Source: an uncultured Clostridia bacterium (GTDB lineage Bacteria; Bacillota; Clostridia; TANB77; CAG-508). Taken from it: DNA of 51,042 bases. Each line of letters begins with the position of its first letter. The stretch's first letter is position 1. Shown piece after piece: positions 7,740 through 15,004 of the stretch. The position numbers were made by a program, and so were the translations under genes. The stretch lies in the NCBI GenBank assembly GCA_934167135.1, contig CAKPKI010000001.1, forward strand, positions 1-51,042, written 5' to 3'. The notes under the pieces are model-generated. The model searched no databases and was not told the DNA's origin. It saw only the letters and a list, made by a program, of their open reading frames with translations.

Positions 7740-7921
7740 TTAAATACTCTTTTCACCAAGTTCTTTCCACATTACATTAAAATATTCGCTAAATTTAGGA
7801 TTTTCTCTGCAATTTAATGGTGTTCTATTTTTCATTTCAAAATCAATATTGTGTATGTTTTTTACTGTAGCTGGTCTTTCTGATAATACAATGACTCTAT
7901 CTGACATACTTATTGCTTCTG
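7740..7921 (-). pseudogene. 3' fragment of the split ABC transporter ATP-binding gene (NitT/TauT-like)
   Basis: Hand translation gives (E)AISMSDRVIVLSERPATVKNIHNIDFEMKNRTPLNCRENPKFSEYFNVMWKELGEKSI*. This is the expected continuation of ...MVTHDISE found at 15000-15014. It is not in the ORF track. Confidence 0.8.
7916..7921. repeat. Left copy of the 6-bp core CTTCTG shared by both element/host junctions
   Basis: The same hexamer occurs at 14999-15004. Joining the flanks across one copy restores the codons GAT ATA TCA GAA GCA ATA AGT (DISEAIS). Confidence 0.7.
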
Positions 7922-7941
7922 GTTTATGTCAAAATAGACTG

Positions 7942-8421
7942 TCATTTTTTATAAATTTTCTTATTTATAATATAATCAACAAATATTGTTAGTTTGTTCT
8001 TTATTTCATCTGAATATGATAAGAAATTATAATTTAATGAGCCACAGATATATCCTAAATCCAGTATTTCATTTGAATTCAAATCAACTACAATTATTTC
8101 ATCTTTATTATCAAACATTCTACTATCTATTAGTTCTTCTGCATTAAAATTTATAAATTCTTTACCTTCAATATTTTCTTTAAAGATTATACTATCTTTT
8201 TTTACTAAAATATCTGCTTCATTGTCAGCGATATCCATAATTTCAAATTTAAAATAATCTATGTTTAATTCTCTTTTTAAATACGCTATTAATCTATCTT
8301 CAATAAAATCCTTTTTTTGGTACAAAATTTTTCTTATTCCTTGCAATTCTTCTTTAGCTTCTTTTAATTTTAATTCTGCATTTGATTCTATTTTTAATAG
8401 TTTTTGATATGATTGTATCAT
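7942..8421 (-). CDS. Hypothetical acidic protein (159 aa), last gene of the element cargo operon
   Basis: ORF only. It has a coiled-coil-like N-terminus and I recognise no family. Confidence 0.45.
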   Translation of the reverse strand: MIQSYQKLLKIESNAELKLKEAKEELQGIRKILYQKKDFIEDRLIAYLKRELNIDYFKFEIMDIADNEADILVKKDSIIFKENIEGKEFINFNAEELIDSRMFDNKDEIIVVDLNSNEILDLGYICGSLNYNFLSYSDEIKNKLTIFVDYIINKKIYKK

Positions 8422-8472
8422 TTGTTTTCCTTTCTTTGTTCTTTTTTGAACAAATTTGTATTAATAAACCTA

Positions 8473-9363
8473 TTATAAATTATAATATTGTTTTATTTTT
8501 TTTACTAATTCAAGTGTTGCCTTATTACACATGTTCTTTTTTAATGTTGCAATTCCCTCTTTCAATTCTGATAAGTCTAATTTTTGTATAATTTTTATAT
8601 TATCTTTAATATCGCTTAAATTTTCCGTATTGGTAAATCCAATCCCCATATCATTAAGTACAAGCCTTTTCATTATTGAGGAACTTGAAACTTCGTAATC
8701 AGCAGTTAAAGATATATTTTCTTTATTACAAAAATCATCCAATATTTTCTTTTTTGCTGATAACGATTTTGGCAATATCAATTTATGATTTTCAATCTCT
8801 TTAAAATCTTTAATTGGATTCTTTTCTAAATACTGCTTACTAGCAAAAAAGCTAAAACTTGAATCCTTTAATGGTATAATTTCAATATTTGAGTATTTTT
8901 TGTCTTTATATGGTAAATTTAATACAACTATATCTAATTCTCCATTTGCTAATTTCTGCATTAATACATCAGTTATTCCACTACCAATAGAAACTTCAAT
9001 ATCTGGATATTCTTTTATAAACTCTAAAAGTGGTTCAAATATTAAAGATGATAATAAAGAATTGCCTCCTCCTATTCTTATTTTTCCCTTTTCTAGATTA
9101 ATGTATTTCGAAAATATGTTTTCTGCATTATTCATAGTTTCTATACTATTTTTTATATATTCATATAAATTTTTACCTTCTTCTGTTAATTCTACACCAT
9201 TTTTGTTTCTGTAAAAAACTTTTCCTCCTAATATATTTTCAAGTTTTTGTATTGATTGTGTTATTGCTGATTGCGAAATATACATACTTTCAGCGGTTTT
9301 TGAAATATTTTTATATTTTACTACTTCATAAAATACCTTATATAATTCTAAATTTGTATTCAT
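8473..9363 (-). CDS. LysR-family transcriptional regulator
   Basis: N-terminal HTH LELYKVFYEVVKYKNISKTAESMYISQSAITQSIQKLE, plus a LysR substrate-binding-type C-terminus. The start is set at the ATG after GGAGGATAAG. Confidence 0.85.
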   Translation of the reverse strand: MNTNLELYKVFYEVVKYKNISKTAESMYISQSAITQSIQKLENILGGKVFYRNKNGVELTEEGKNLYEYIKNSIETMNNAENIFSKYINLEKGKIRIGGGNSLLSSLIFEPLLEFIKEYPDIEVSIGSGITDVLMQKLANGELDIVVLNLPYKDKKYSNIEIIPLKDSSFSFFASKQYLEKNPIKDFKEIENHKLILPKSLSAKKKILDDFCNKENISLTADYEVSSSSIMKRLVLNDMGIGFTNTENLSDIKDNIKIIQKLDLSELKEGIATLKKNMCNKATLELVKKIKQYYNL

Positions 9364-9377
9364 CTTATCCTCCAATA

Positions 9378-10859
9378 TTAATTTTTAGATATACCATCAT
9401 CTCGAGTTGTTGCATTTAATGATTTTTCTTGTTTTTTACTCTTTGTTTCTTCATTAGTTTCTTTTGGCAATTCTACTTGAAATGCTTTTTTTTCGTTTGA
9501 AATAGGTTCTGTTGGATATATTATATTAGATTTTATTGTATCATCTAAATATTTCATTTTTTCCTTGTTTTCTTTAATATTAGCAAATATCTTTTTTATT
9601 TTGGAAATTATTCCTTGTTCTTCTTTTATTGCTAATGCTTTTGTTTTGGTCTTTTTATCATTAAAGTATTGATTAATATTTATTCCATCTGCACCATCAA
9701 CAATTTTTCCTATGTCTTTTTCATTATTTGAATATATGCATGTAAAACCATTACCTGGCTGAAATGTAAATATTTTATTTGAGTCATAACTGTTAATTAT
9801 TGAGGCTAGTAACCAATGTGTCATTCTTCCTGATAAATACAAATTTTTGTTTTCTTTTATTTCTGGTAATACACATTTTTCATAATCCTCTAATGAATAT
9901 TGTTCTTTTGTAAGGTCAATATCCATAAAAAGATTTTCCTTATTTTCAATAATATTATAGGCTAAGCCCTCTGTTTGTTTTAAACCTTTTTTCTTAGGAA
10001 TTTCCTTTATTGGAATATATTCACTTTTTCTTGCGTCATATATACTTACATCTTTTGCCCCTTGTTGTTTTAATGCTTTACATATAGCCCCCAAAACAAA
10101 ATTCGCCCTAACTCCATTTATTTTTATAGGTTGGTTTGATTTTATTTTTGTTTGTATATTTTTATATATTTGTGGCAATGCCTCAGAAGTCCATTTTACT
10201 TTTTTTATTGCTGTTCCATCTTCTGTTATTAACTCTTTTCCATATCCTAGTTCAAACCCTAATTCTGTATCATCAATCATTGTTTCTTTAATATCTTTAT
10301 GTTGAATTTCATCTTTTTCTGCATATTTGCTCTTTTGAATAATATCTGATACTAACGATTCTATTACAGTTGATTTGTTCAAAAGTTCTCCTCTTTTTAG
10401 TCCTACTATTTTACCTTGTAAATATGGTTCTTTTGAATATATTTCTTCTTGTCCTTCTAATCTAGAATCTATACACCCTACACAGTCTAGTCCCAGTGAT
10501 TGCCCAAATTGTAACCATTCATTTTTCTTTTCTTCATTATTGCTTAATACTACAAAACTATCACAGTGTTGAAAAACTTGCTTATTTTCTTTTGAAATTA
10601 CTCCTCCAACATCAACTAATACTATTTCATTTGTTTGATTGTCTATTGCTTGGCATGCATTATTTATAAAACTATCAGTGAACTTTCCTTTTTTTCTTAC
10701 AATTTCTATTTCTTTTTGATTTTTGTTGTTGCTCCAAGTTCCCTCTCCATCAGGACATGCTCTGATAATTGTATAAGCATTTGTTGGCATTTTGTCAATT
10801 AAATTTGCTATAAATACAGTTTTGCCAGAATGAGGTGGCCCACAAAAAACTATCTTCAT
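9378..10859 (-). CDS. P-loop NTPase fused to two tandem Csx3-like domains and a Lys/Glu-rich tail (493 aa)
   Basis: Walker A GPPHSGKT and a Walker-B-like LVDVGG. Residues about 300-390 (FMDIDL...LPEIKENKNLYLSGRMTHWLLASIINSY..IFTFQPGNGFTCIYS..IGKIVD) resemble the Csx3 family pattern as I recall it from A. fulgidus Csx3 (LPE..ISGRGPIWL...VAVYDPRLG.VVV). Residues about 195-285 show a degenerate copy (KINGVRANFVLGAICKAL..VSIYDARKSEYIPI). Confidence 0.55.
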   Translation of the reverse strand: MKIVFCGPPHSGKTVFIANLIDKMPTNAYTIIRACPDGEGTWSNNKNQKEIEIVRKKGKFTDSFINNACQAIDNQTNEIVLVDVGGVISKENKQVFQHCDSFVVLSNNEEKKNEWLQFGQSLGLDCVGCIDSRLEGQEEIYSKEPYLQGKIVGLKRGELLNKSTVIESLVSDIIQKSKYAEKDEIQHKDIKETMIDDTELGFELGYGKELITEDGTAIKKVKWTSEALPQIYKNIQTKIKSNQPIKINGVRANFVLGAICKALKQQGAKDVSIYDARKSEYIPIKEIPKKKGLKQTEGLAYNIIENKENLFMDIDLTKEQYSLEDYEKCVLPEIKENKNLYLSGRMTHWLLASIINSYDSNKIFTFQPGNGFTCIYSNNEKDIGKIVDGADGININQYFNDKKTKTKALAIKEEQGIISKIKKIFANIKENKEKMKYLDDTIKSNIIYPTEPISNEKKAFQVELPKETNEETKSKKQEKSLNATTRDDGISKN

Positions 10860-10966
10860 TTGTTTCTCCTTTTATATTATAATTTTTTTATTTTTTCTAA
10901 CTATTTATAATATATAGAAAAAAATAAAAATAATCAAGTGGTTTCTTTTAAAATTAATGAAAATAT

Positions 10967-11207
10967 GTCACTGGTTAATGGTTTATTTTTAATTAATACA
11001 AAGAAATCCTTGAAATATAAGCTTTTTATTGCATTCCTCGGTTTATTACAAAATTTAAGAAATTCTAATTTGTTTTATGGGTCCTTTCCACTATCGTGAA
11101 CTCTTACCATAAAACTGCATAGAATTTCTAAAATTTTTCCATGCACATTCGTCATTTCATTCAAAGCTTATATTTCAAGGATTTCTTTTGAAAATTTTAT
11201 CAAAACC
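10967..11207 (+). repeat. Copy A of a roughly 240-bp nested-palindrome intergenic repeat (MITE-like)
   Basis: It has perfect 26-bp terminal inverted repeats, AAAGAAATCCTTGAAATATAAGCTTT (11000-11025) and its reverse complement (11163-11188). There are also inner inverted repeats (AAAATTTAAGAAATTCTA / TAGAATTTCTAAAATTTT and GTTTTATGG / CCATAAAAC). It is near-identical to the reverse complement of 22418-22659. Confidence 0.85.
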
Positions 11208-11284
11208 ATTATCCTGTAACAAAAATATTACTACTCTGAAAACAAACAGCTCTCTTTTCATAGTAGTAACATAAAAATTATTAT

Positions 11285-11950
11285 CTATTTCATATTTAAT
11301 TGCTTATTTAATTTATTAGTCAATATTTTTTGTCTAATCATATTTATAGCATATGCTACTATTGCAATCACACCATACAAAATCAATATATTTTTGATAT
11401 CTATATCTGTAGAATATTGAACTTTTGTTGGATTAATTTCATTAATTGCTTTATTTAGAATCATTTCATATCCAATATTTATAATAAAAGTAGAAACAGC
11501 TATTATCATAAAAGCAACTATTAATTCAATAATTACTTGTTTTTTTGAGGTCTTCTGGATTGCAACTATGTAGATTATAGTTCCTAATACAATGCCTATT
11601 ATCAATGTTAAAGAATATACTCGCATAATTCTGTTTGTTGAAAATATACTAATAAGTTTATATAAAGATATTCCTTCTGAAGGATAATCTTCTCCATATA
11701 ATTCTTTTTCTTCTTTTGCTTTTTTATCAATTTGTTCAGCCTGTTCTTGATAAGCTTTTCCAATTTCAATTAAAGTTTCAGAATCGCTGTCCAAACTATT
11801 TATTATTTCTAATTGAGTATTCTCATATACAGATGATAAAAACAAAGTCGTAGTTCCTATAAATACAGATATTATAACTGTATATAAAATTGTTACTAAT
11901 AGTTTTTTTATTGAAAATTTTTTGAATTCTATTTTCTTCATATCACTCAC
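11285..11950 (-). CDS. Membrane protein (about 4 TM) partnered with the LytTR regulator
   Basis: Hydrophobic segments are LLVTILYTVIISVFIGTTTLFL, SLTLIIGIVLGTIIYIVAI, IIELIVAFMIIAVSTFII and ILILYGVIAIVAYAI. Its start overlaps the LytTR gene stop by 8 nt. Confidence 0.6.
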   Translation of the reverse strand: MSDMKKIEFKKFSIKKLLVTILYTVIISVFIGTTTLFLSSVYENTQLEIINSLDSDSETLIEIGKAYQEQAEQIDKKAKEEKELYGEDYPSEGISLYKLISIFSTNRIMRVYSLTLIIGIVLGTIIYIVAIQKTSKKQVIIELIVAFMIIAVSTFIINIGYEMILNKAINEINPTKVQYSTDIDIKNILILYGVIAIVAYAINMIRQKILTNKLNKQLNMK

Positions 11951-12407
11951 TCCTATCTTTTAAAAATCTCATAATTTCTGTTGTTTTCCTTTTTGAAACA
12001 CTTTCTTCATTTCCATCTTTAAATTTAACTATTATCTTTCCAATGATACTCGTATTAAAGCATTTAACATGATTTATATTTATAATTGATGAATTAGATA
12101 TTCTAATAAAGTCCTTTGAAGGGAGTGCCTCTTCAAGATAATACAATTTTTCTTTTATTTTATAAACTCCGTCTTTTGTTTTACAAAAGTTATTTTTTTC
12201 TTCACTAAAAAACATTATTACATCTGATACATTAATTATAAAAATATCATTATTTTGCATAGCAATTATCTGTTTTATTGACTTAGAATTTTTTGATAAT
12301 AATTCATTTTCTAATTTTTGTACTTCTTCATTTTTTTCTGGTGCATTAATGCACACTTCTATGCTTTGAAATTCACTTGAAATATTAGTACATACTTTAA
12401 ATTCCAT
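11943..12407 (-). CDS. LytTR-domain DNA-binding protein (stand-alone, no receiver domain)
   Basis: The C-terminal half (YYLEEALPSKDFIRISNSSIININHVKCFN...GKIIVKFKDGNEESVSKRK) fits the LytTR domain pattern. Confidence 0.65.
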   Translation of the reverse strand: MEFKVCTNISSEFQSIEVCINAPEKNEEVQKLENELLSKNSKSIKQIIAMQNNDIFIINVSDVIMFFSEEKNNFCKTKDGVYKIKEKLYYLEEALPSKDFIRISNSSIININHVKCFNTSIIGKIIVKFKDGNEESVSKRKTTEIMRFLKDRSE

Positions 12408-12532
12408 TTTACACCTCCTGAAATTATTATAGCAATAATCATTTTCCTTTTCAATGTTTTGGTATTTTATTAAGATAACTGTATTGTTTTCTTAGACAAC
12501 TGTTATATACCAGTGCAAATAAGAAGAACTAC

Positions 12533-14080
12533 CTAGGTAATTCTGTTTAATTGCTTAAAATTGAAATATAAATCTACCTGTTTATCTTGATGTATCTCAA
12601 TTTTATTAATAATTACTTTCATAAATTCTGGTGTTAGTTCTTTTAACGCAAAAAATTCTTGTACAATACTTTTTATTTTTTCTGTATCATCTTGTTTTAA
12701 TTCTCCTTTTTGTTTTTTAATTTCTATGTATTCTTTTTCTTTTTGTTTTATTTCATCTCCAAATTTTTTCAATAATCTTTCATACATTTCTTCACTTATT
12801 TTATTGTTTAATTTGTCTATATACATTTGTTCAATATTATTATTTATCAATTTTATCTCGCTTTCTAATTTTTGAAGTATTTTTCCATAATCATATTTTG
12901 TCATTCCTCTTTTTACTTCTAATTCTATTTTTTCACTATCTATTTTTTGAAATAAATTTTTAATATAATTAATTATAATATCTTCTAAATTATTATAACT
13001 AAATCCATGTGATGTGCAAAGCCCTAATTTTGAATTTCTGCGATAATTATTGCATACCATATAATAATTACCGTTCTTTTTTCCTCTTACACCTATTTTA
13101 TGCTTACATTCGTAACAGAAAAGCAATCCATCTAGCAAAAACATATTCTTTTTTTCATTTCTATTGTAGCTCTGAACTATTACCATTTTTTGCACAACAT
13201 CAAATACTTTTTTATCTATTATTGGTTCATGTGTATTTTCTACAACAACCCATTTTTCTTCTGGATTTTGTCTGATTTTTCTATTTTTATAACTTATTCT
13301 ACTTCTTTTATTTTGCACTGTTGTGCCTATATAAACCTTGTTTTTTAATATATTTTTTACTGTTTTATTTTCCCAAAAAGTTTCTTTATTATATCTTGAT
13401 TTATTAGCTGTCGGAATATTGTTGCTATTTAAATAATCTCTTATTGTTCCAACTTGATTTCCATTAGATGCCATATTAAAAATGCTTCTTACAATTTTTG
13501 CCTCTTGCTCATAAATTATTAATTTATTTTTATCATTTGAATCTTTTATGTATCCAAGTGGCGTTTTTCCACCTACCCATTTTCCTTGTTTTTGCATAGT
13601 GTGCATTGCTGTTCTGATTTTTTTTGATAAGTCTTTTGAATACATATCATTTAATATTGATTTAAATGGTGCAATATCATTGTTGCCATTTGATGTTTCA
13701 AAAGTATCTATTCCATCTGTTACTGAAACATATCTTACATTATTTTCTGGGAACCATTTTTCTATATATTCTCCCGTTTCTATATAGTCACGACCTAAAC
13801 GAGATAAGTCTTTTGTTACAACCATATTAATTTTTCCGTTTTCTATATCTCTTATCATCCTTTGAAAATCTGGTCTATTAAAATTTGTCCCTGTAAAACC
13901 TTGATCTATATATGTATCTATTAATTTATAATTTTCCCCTAATTTTTGCACATATTCTGTTAGTAATGTTCTTTGATTTTTTATGCTTTCACTTTCATCA
14001 TATCCTCTGTCTACATCTTCTTTTGATAGTCTTATATAAATTGCTACTTTGTATGTCGTTTTCTCTTTTTGTTCAAGCAT
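12533..14080 (-). CDS. Large serine recombinase (integrase/resolvase family, 515 aa)
   Basis: The N-terminal resolvase catalytic domain is VAIYIRLSKED...SIKNQR...GFTGTNFNRPDFQRMI...VVTKDLSRLGRD. It is followed by the recombinase domain, a Cys-rich zinc-ribbon region (CYECKHK...CNNYRR...C) and a coiled-coil C-terminus. Confidence 0.9.
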   Translation of the reverse strand: MLEQKEKTTYKVAIYIRLSKEDVDRGYDESESIKNQRTLLTEYVQKLGENYKLIDTYIDQGFTGTNFNRPDFQRMIRDIENGKINMVVTKDLSRLGRDYIETGEYIEKWFPENNVRYVSVTDGIDTFETSNGNNDIAPFKSILNDMYSKDLSKKIRTAMHTMQKQGKWVGGKTPLGYIKDSNDKNKLIIYEQEAKIVRSIFNMASNGNQVGTIRDYLNSNNIPTANKSRYNKETFWENKTVKNILKNKVYIGTTVQNKRSRISYKNRKIRQNPEEKWVVVENTHEPIIDKKVFDVVQKMVIVQSYNRNEKKNMFLLDGLLFCYECKHKIGVRGKKNGNYYMVCNNYRRNSKLGLCTSHGFSYNNLEDIIINYIKNLFQKIDSEKIELEVKRGMTKYDYGKILQKLESEIKLINNNIEQMYIDKLNNKISEEMYERLLKKFGDEIKQKEKEYIEIKKQKGELKQDDTEKIKSIVQEFFALKELTPEFMKVIINKIEIHQDKQVDLYFNFKQLNRIT

Positions 14081-14092
14081 TTTGCCTCCTTT

Positions 14093-14203
14093 CTATGCTT
14101 GAATATTTTTCTTAAAAATATTCATTATTAAATGCTTTATTACTTCTTCTAATTCCTTACCTTTTTCATCAAAGTACATATTAATTTTGAAATTCTTATT
14201 CAT
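14093..14203 (-). CDS. Small ORF (36 aa, MNKNFKINMYFDEKGKELEEVIKHLIMNIFKKNIQA) immediately upstream of the recombinase
   Basis: Hand-found. RBS AGGGAGAGTGAG precedes the ATG at 14203. The stop TAG lies 10 nt before the recombinase ATG and next to its RBS, AAAGGAGG. Confidence 0.35.
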   Translation of the reverse strand: MNKNFKINMYFDEKGKELEEVIKHLIMNIFKKNIQA

Positions 14204-14368
14204 ATTAACTCACTCTCCCTATACTATATATACATCTATTTTCTTATAAAAATTCTCTTTTTTATTTAATTACTGGCAATTTTTTGGAATGCATCCCAAA
14301 ATCAGCTTATAAATAGTTCAAGGGTAGCTATGTGACAGCTTTTCGCTATCACACACCTACCCTAGTAA

Positions 14369-14830
14369 TTAAAATATGTTATCATTATATTTTACTAAAT
14401 TAATTGCCGAATCTAATGTTTCAGTGCAACATAATTTCCCTCGAATATCTACATATAATAAATCGCTAATATTAGACAAGCTTCTTGCTTGCTTAATATC
14501 ACTTATAACAATTTCTTTTTTAAAGTTCATATCTTTGTCAATTATTCTAATATCATAACATTTTCTTTTTGATTTGAATATCAAATATTTTACATTTTTA
14601 TTCTTCTGATGATGATCAAATTCTCCTAATCCTATATCAAAAACTAACTTATTATTTGTATTTCTATTCTCTATACTTGGAACTCTAATTAATTTTATTT
14701 CTTTAAAAATTTTACTTAAAAATACAGTTGATATTACATCATCTACATGAAATGTTCCTGAATGTGTAACAAAATTTGCTTTGTTATACTGCTTTGTTAT
14801 TTTTATATTTTTATACTTAAACATTTTCAT
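14369..14830 (-). CDS. Chimeric ORF with a MYG1-family (UPF0160) N-terminal about 75 aa followed by an unrelated C-terminus
   Basis: FVTHSGTFHVDDVISTVFL...LVFDIGLGEFDHHQ matches the MYG1 N-terminal metal-binding pattern. Similarity ends right after DHHQ, and full-length MYG1 proteins are about twice this size. The start is set at the ATG after AAGGTGAAG. Confidence 0.45.
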   Translation of the reverse strand: MKMFKYKNIKITKQYNKANFVTHSGTFHVDDVISTVFLSKIFKEIKLIRVPSIENRNTNNKLVFDIGLGEFDHHQKNKNVKYLIFKSKRKCYDIRIIDKDMNFKKEIVISDIKQARSLSNISDLLYVDIRGKLCCTETLDSAINLVKYNDNIF

Positions 14831-14998
14831 TATCTTCACCTTTTTCATTATATTACTATTAATTGCGTATTTCAATATACTTAATTTACCTTTCAAGATC
14901 TTTCACAACTACTATATTATGTAAATTTTATCAAAATCATTACATTTTCATCAAATTCAAATTGTTTTATCTAGCATACTGTCTACTTTGTAATCTAC

Positions 14999-15004
14999 CT
15001 TCTG
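14999..15004. repeat. Right copy of the 6-bp core CTTCTG
   Basis: See 7916-7921. Confidence 0.7.

Larger units (their letters stand above)
7922..14998. mobile_element. Integrated 7.08 kb element mobilised by a large serine recombinase, inserted in the ABC ATPase gene
   Basis: The element separates the two halves of one ORF and is bounded by the CTTCTG core. Its inner ends are imperfect inverted repeats, 15 of 21 positions by my alignment (14978-14998 ACTGTCTACTTTGTAATCTAC against the reverse complement of 7922-7942). A 515-aa serine recombinase gene lies near the right end. Confidence 0.75.

Noticed and set aside
9378-10859. Interpreting the N-terminal P-loop domain of the Csx3 fusion as a SIMIBI/G3E metallochaperone GTPase
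   Set aside because: Only the Walker A motif and a CPDGEG-like segment are suggestive. I cannot see the other G-motifs, so it is left as a generic P-loop NTPase.
10967-11207. CRISPR array, given the Csx3-like gene
   Set aside because: The repeats are about 240 bp long, palindromic, kilobases apart and in opposite orientations. There is no regular repeat-spacer periodicity anywhere in the window.
14322-14362. GC-richer imperfect hairpin GGGTAGCTATGTGACAGC-TTTC-GCTATCACACACCTACCC, considered as a possible tRNA, ncRNA or att site
   Set aside because: There is no cloverleaf, and it contains mismatches. It is best explained as the terminator of the MYG1-like ORF, although no U-run follows it.
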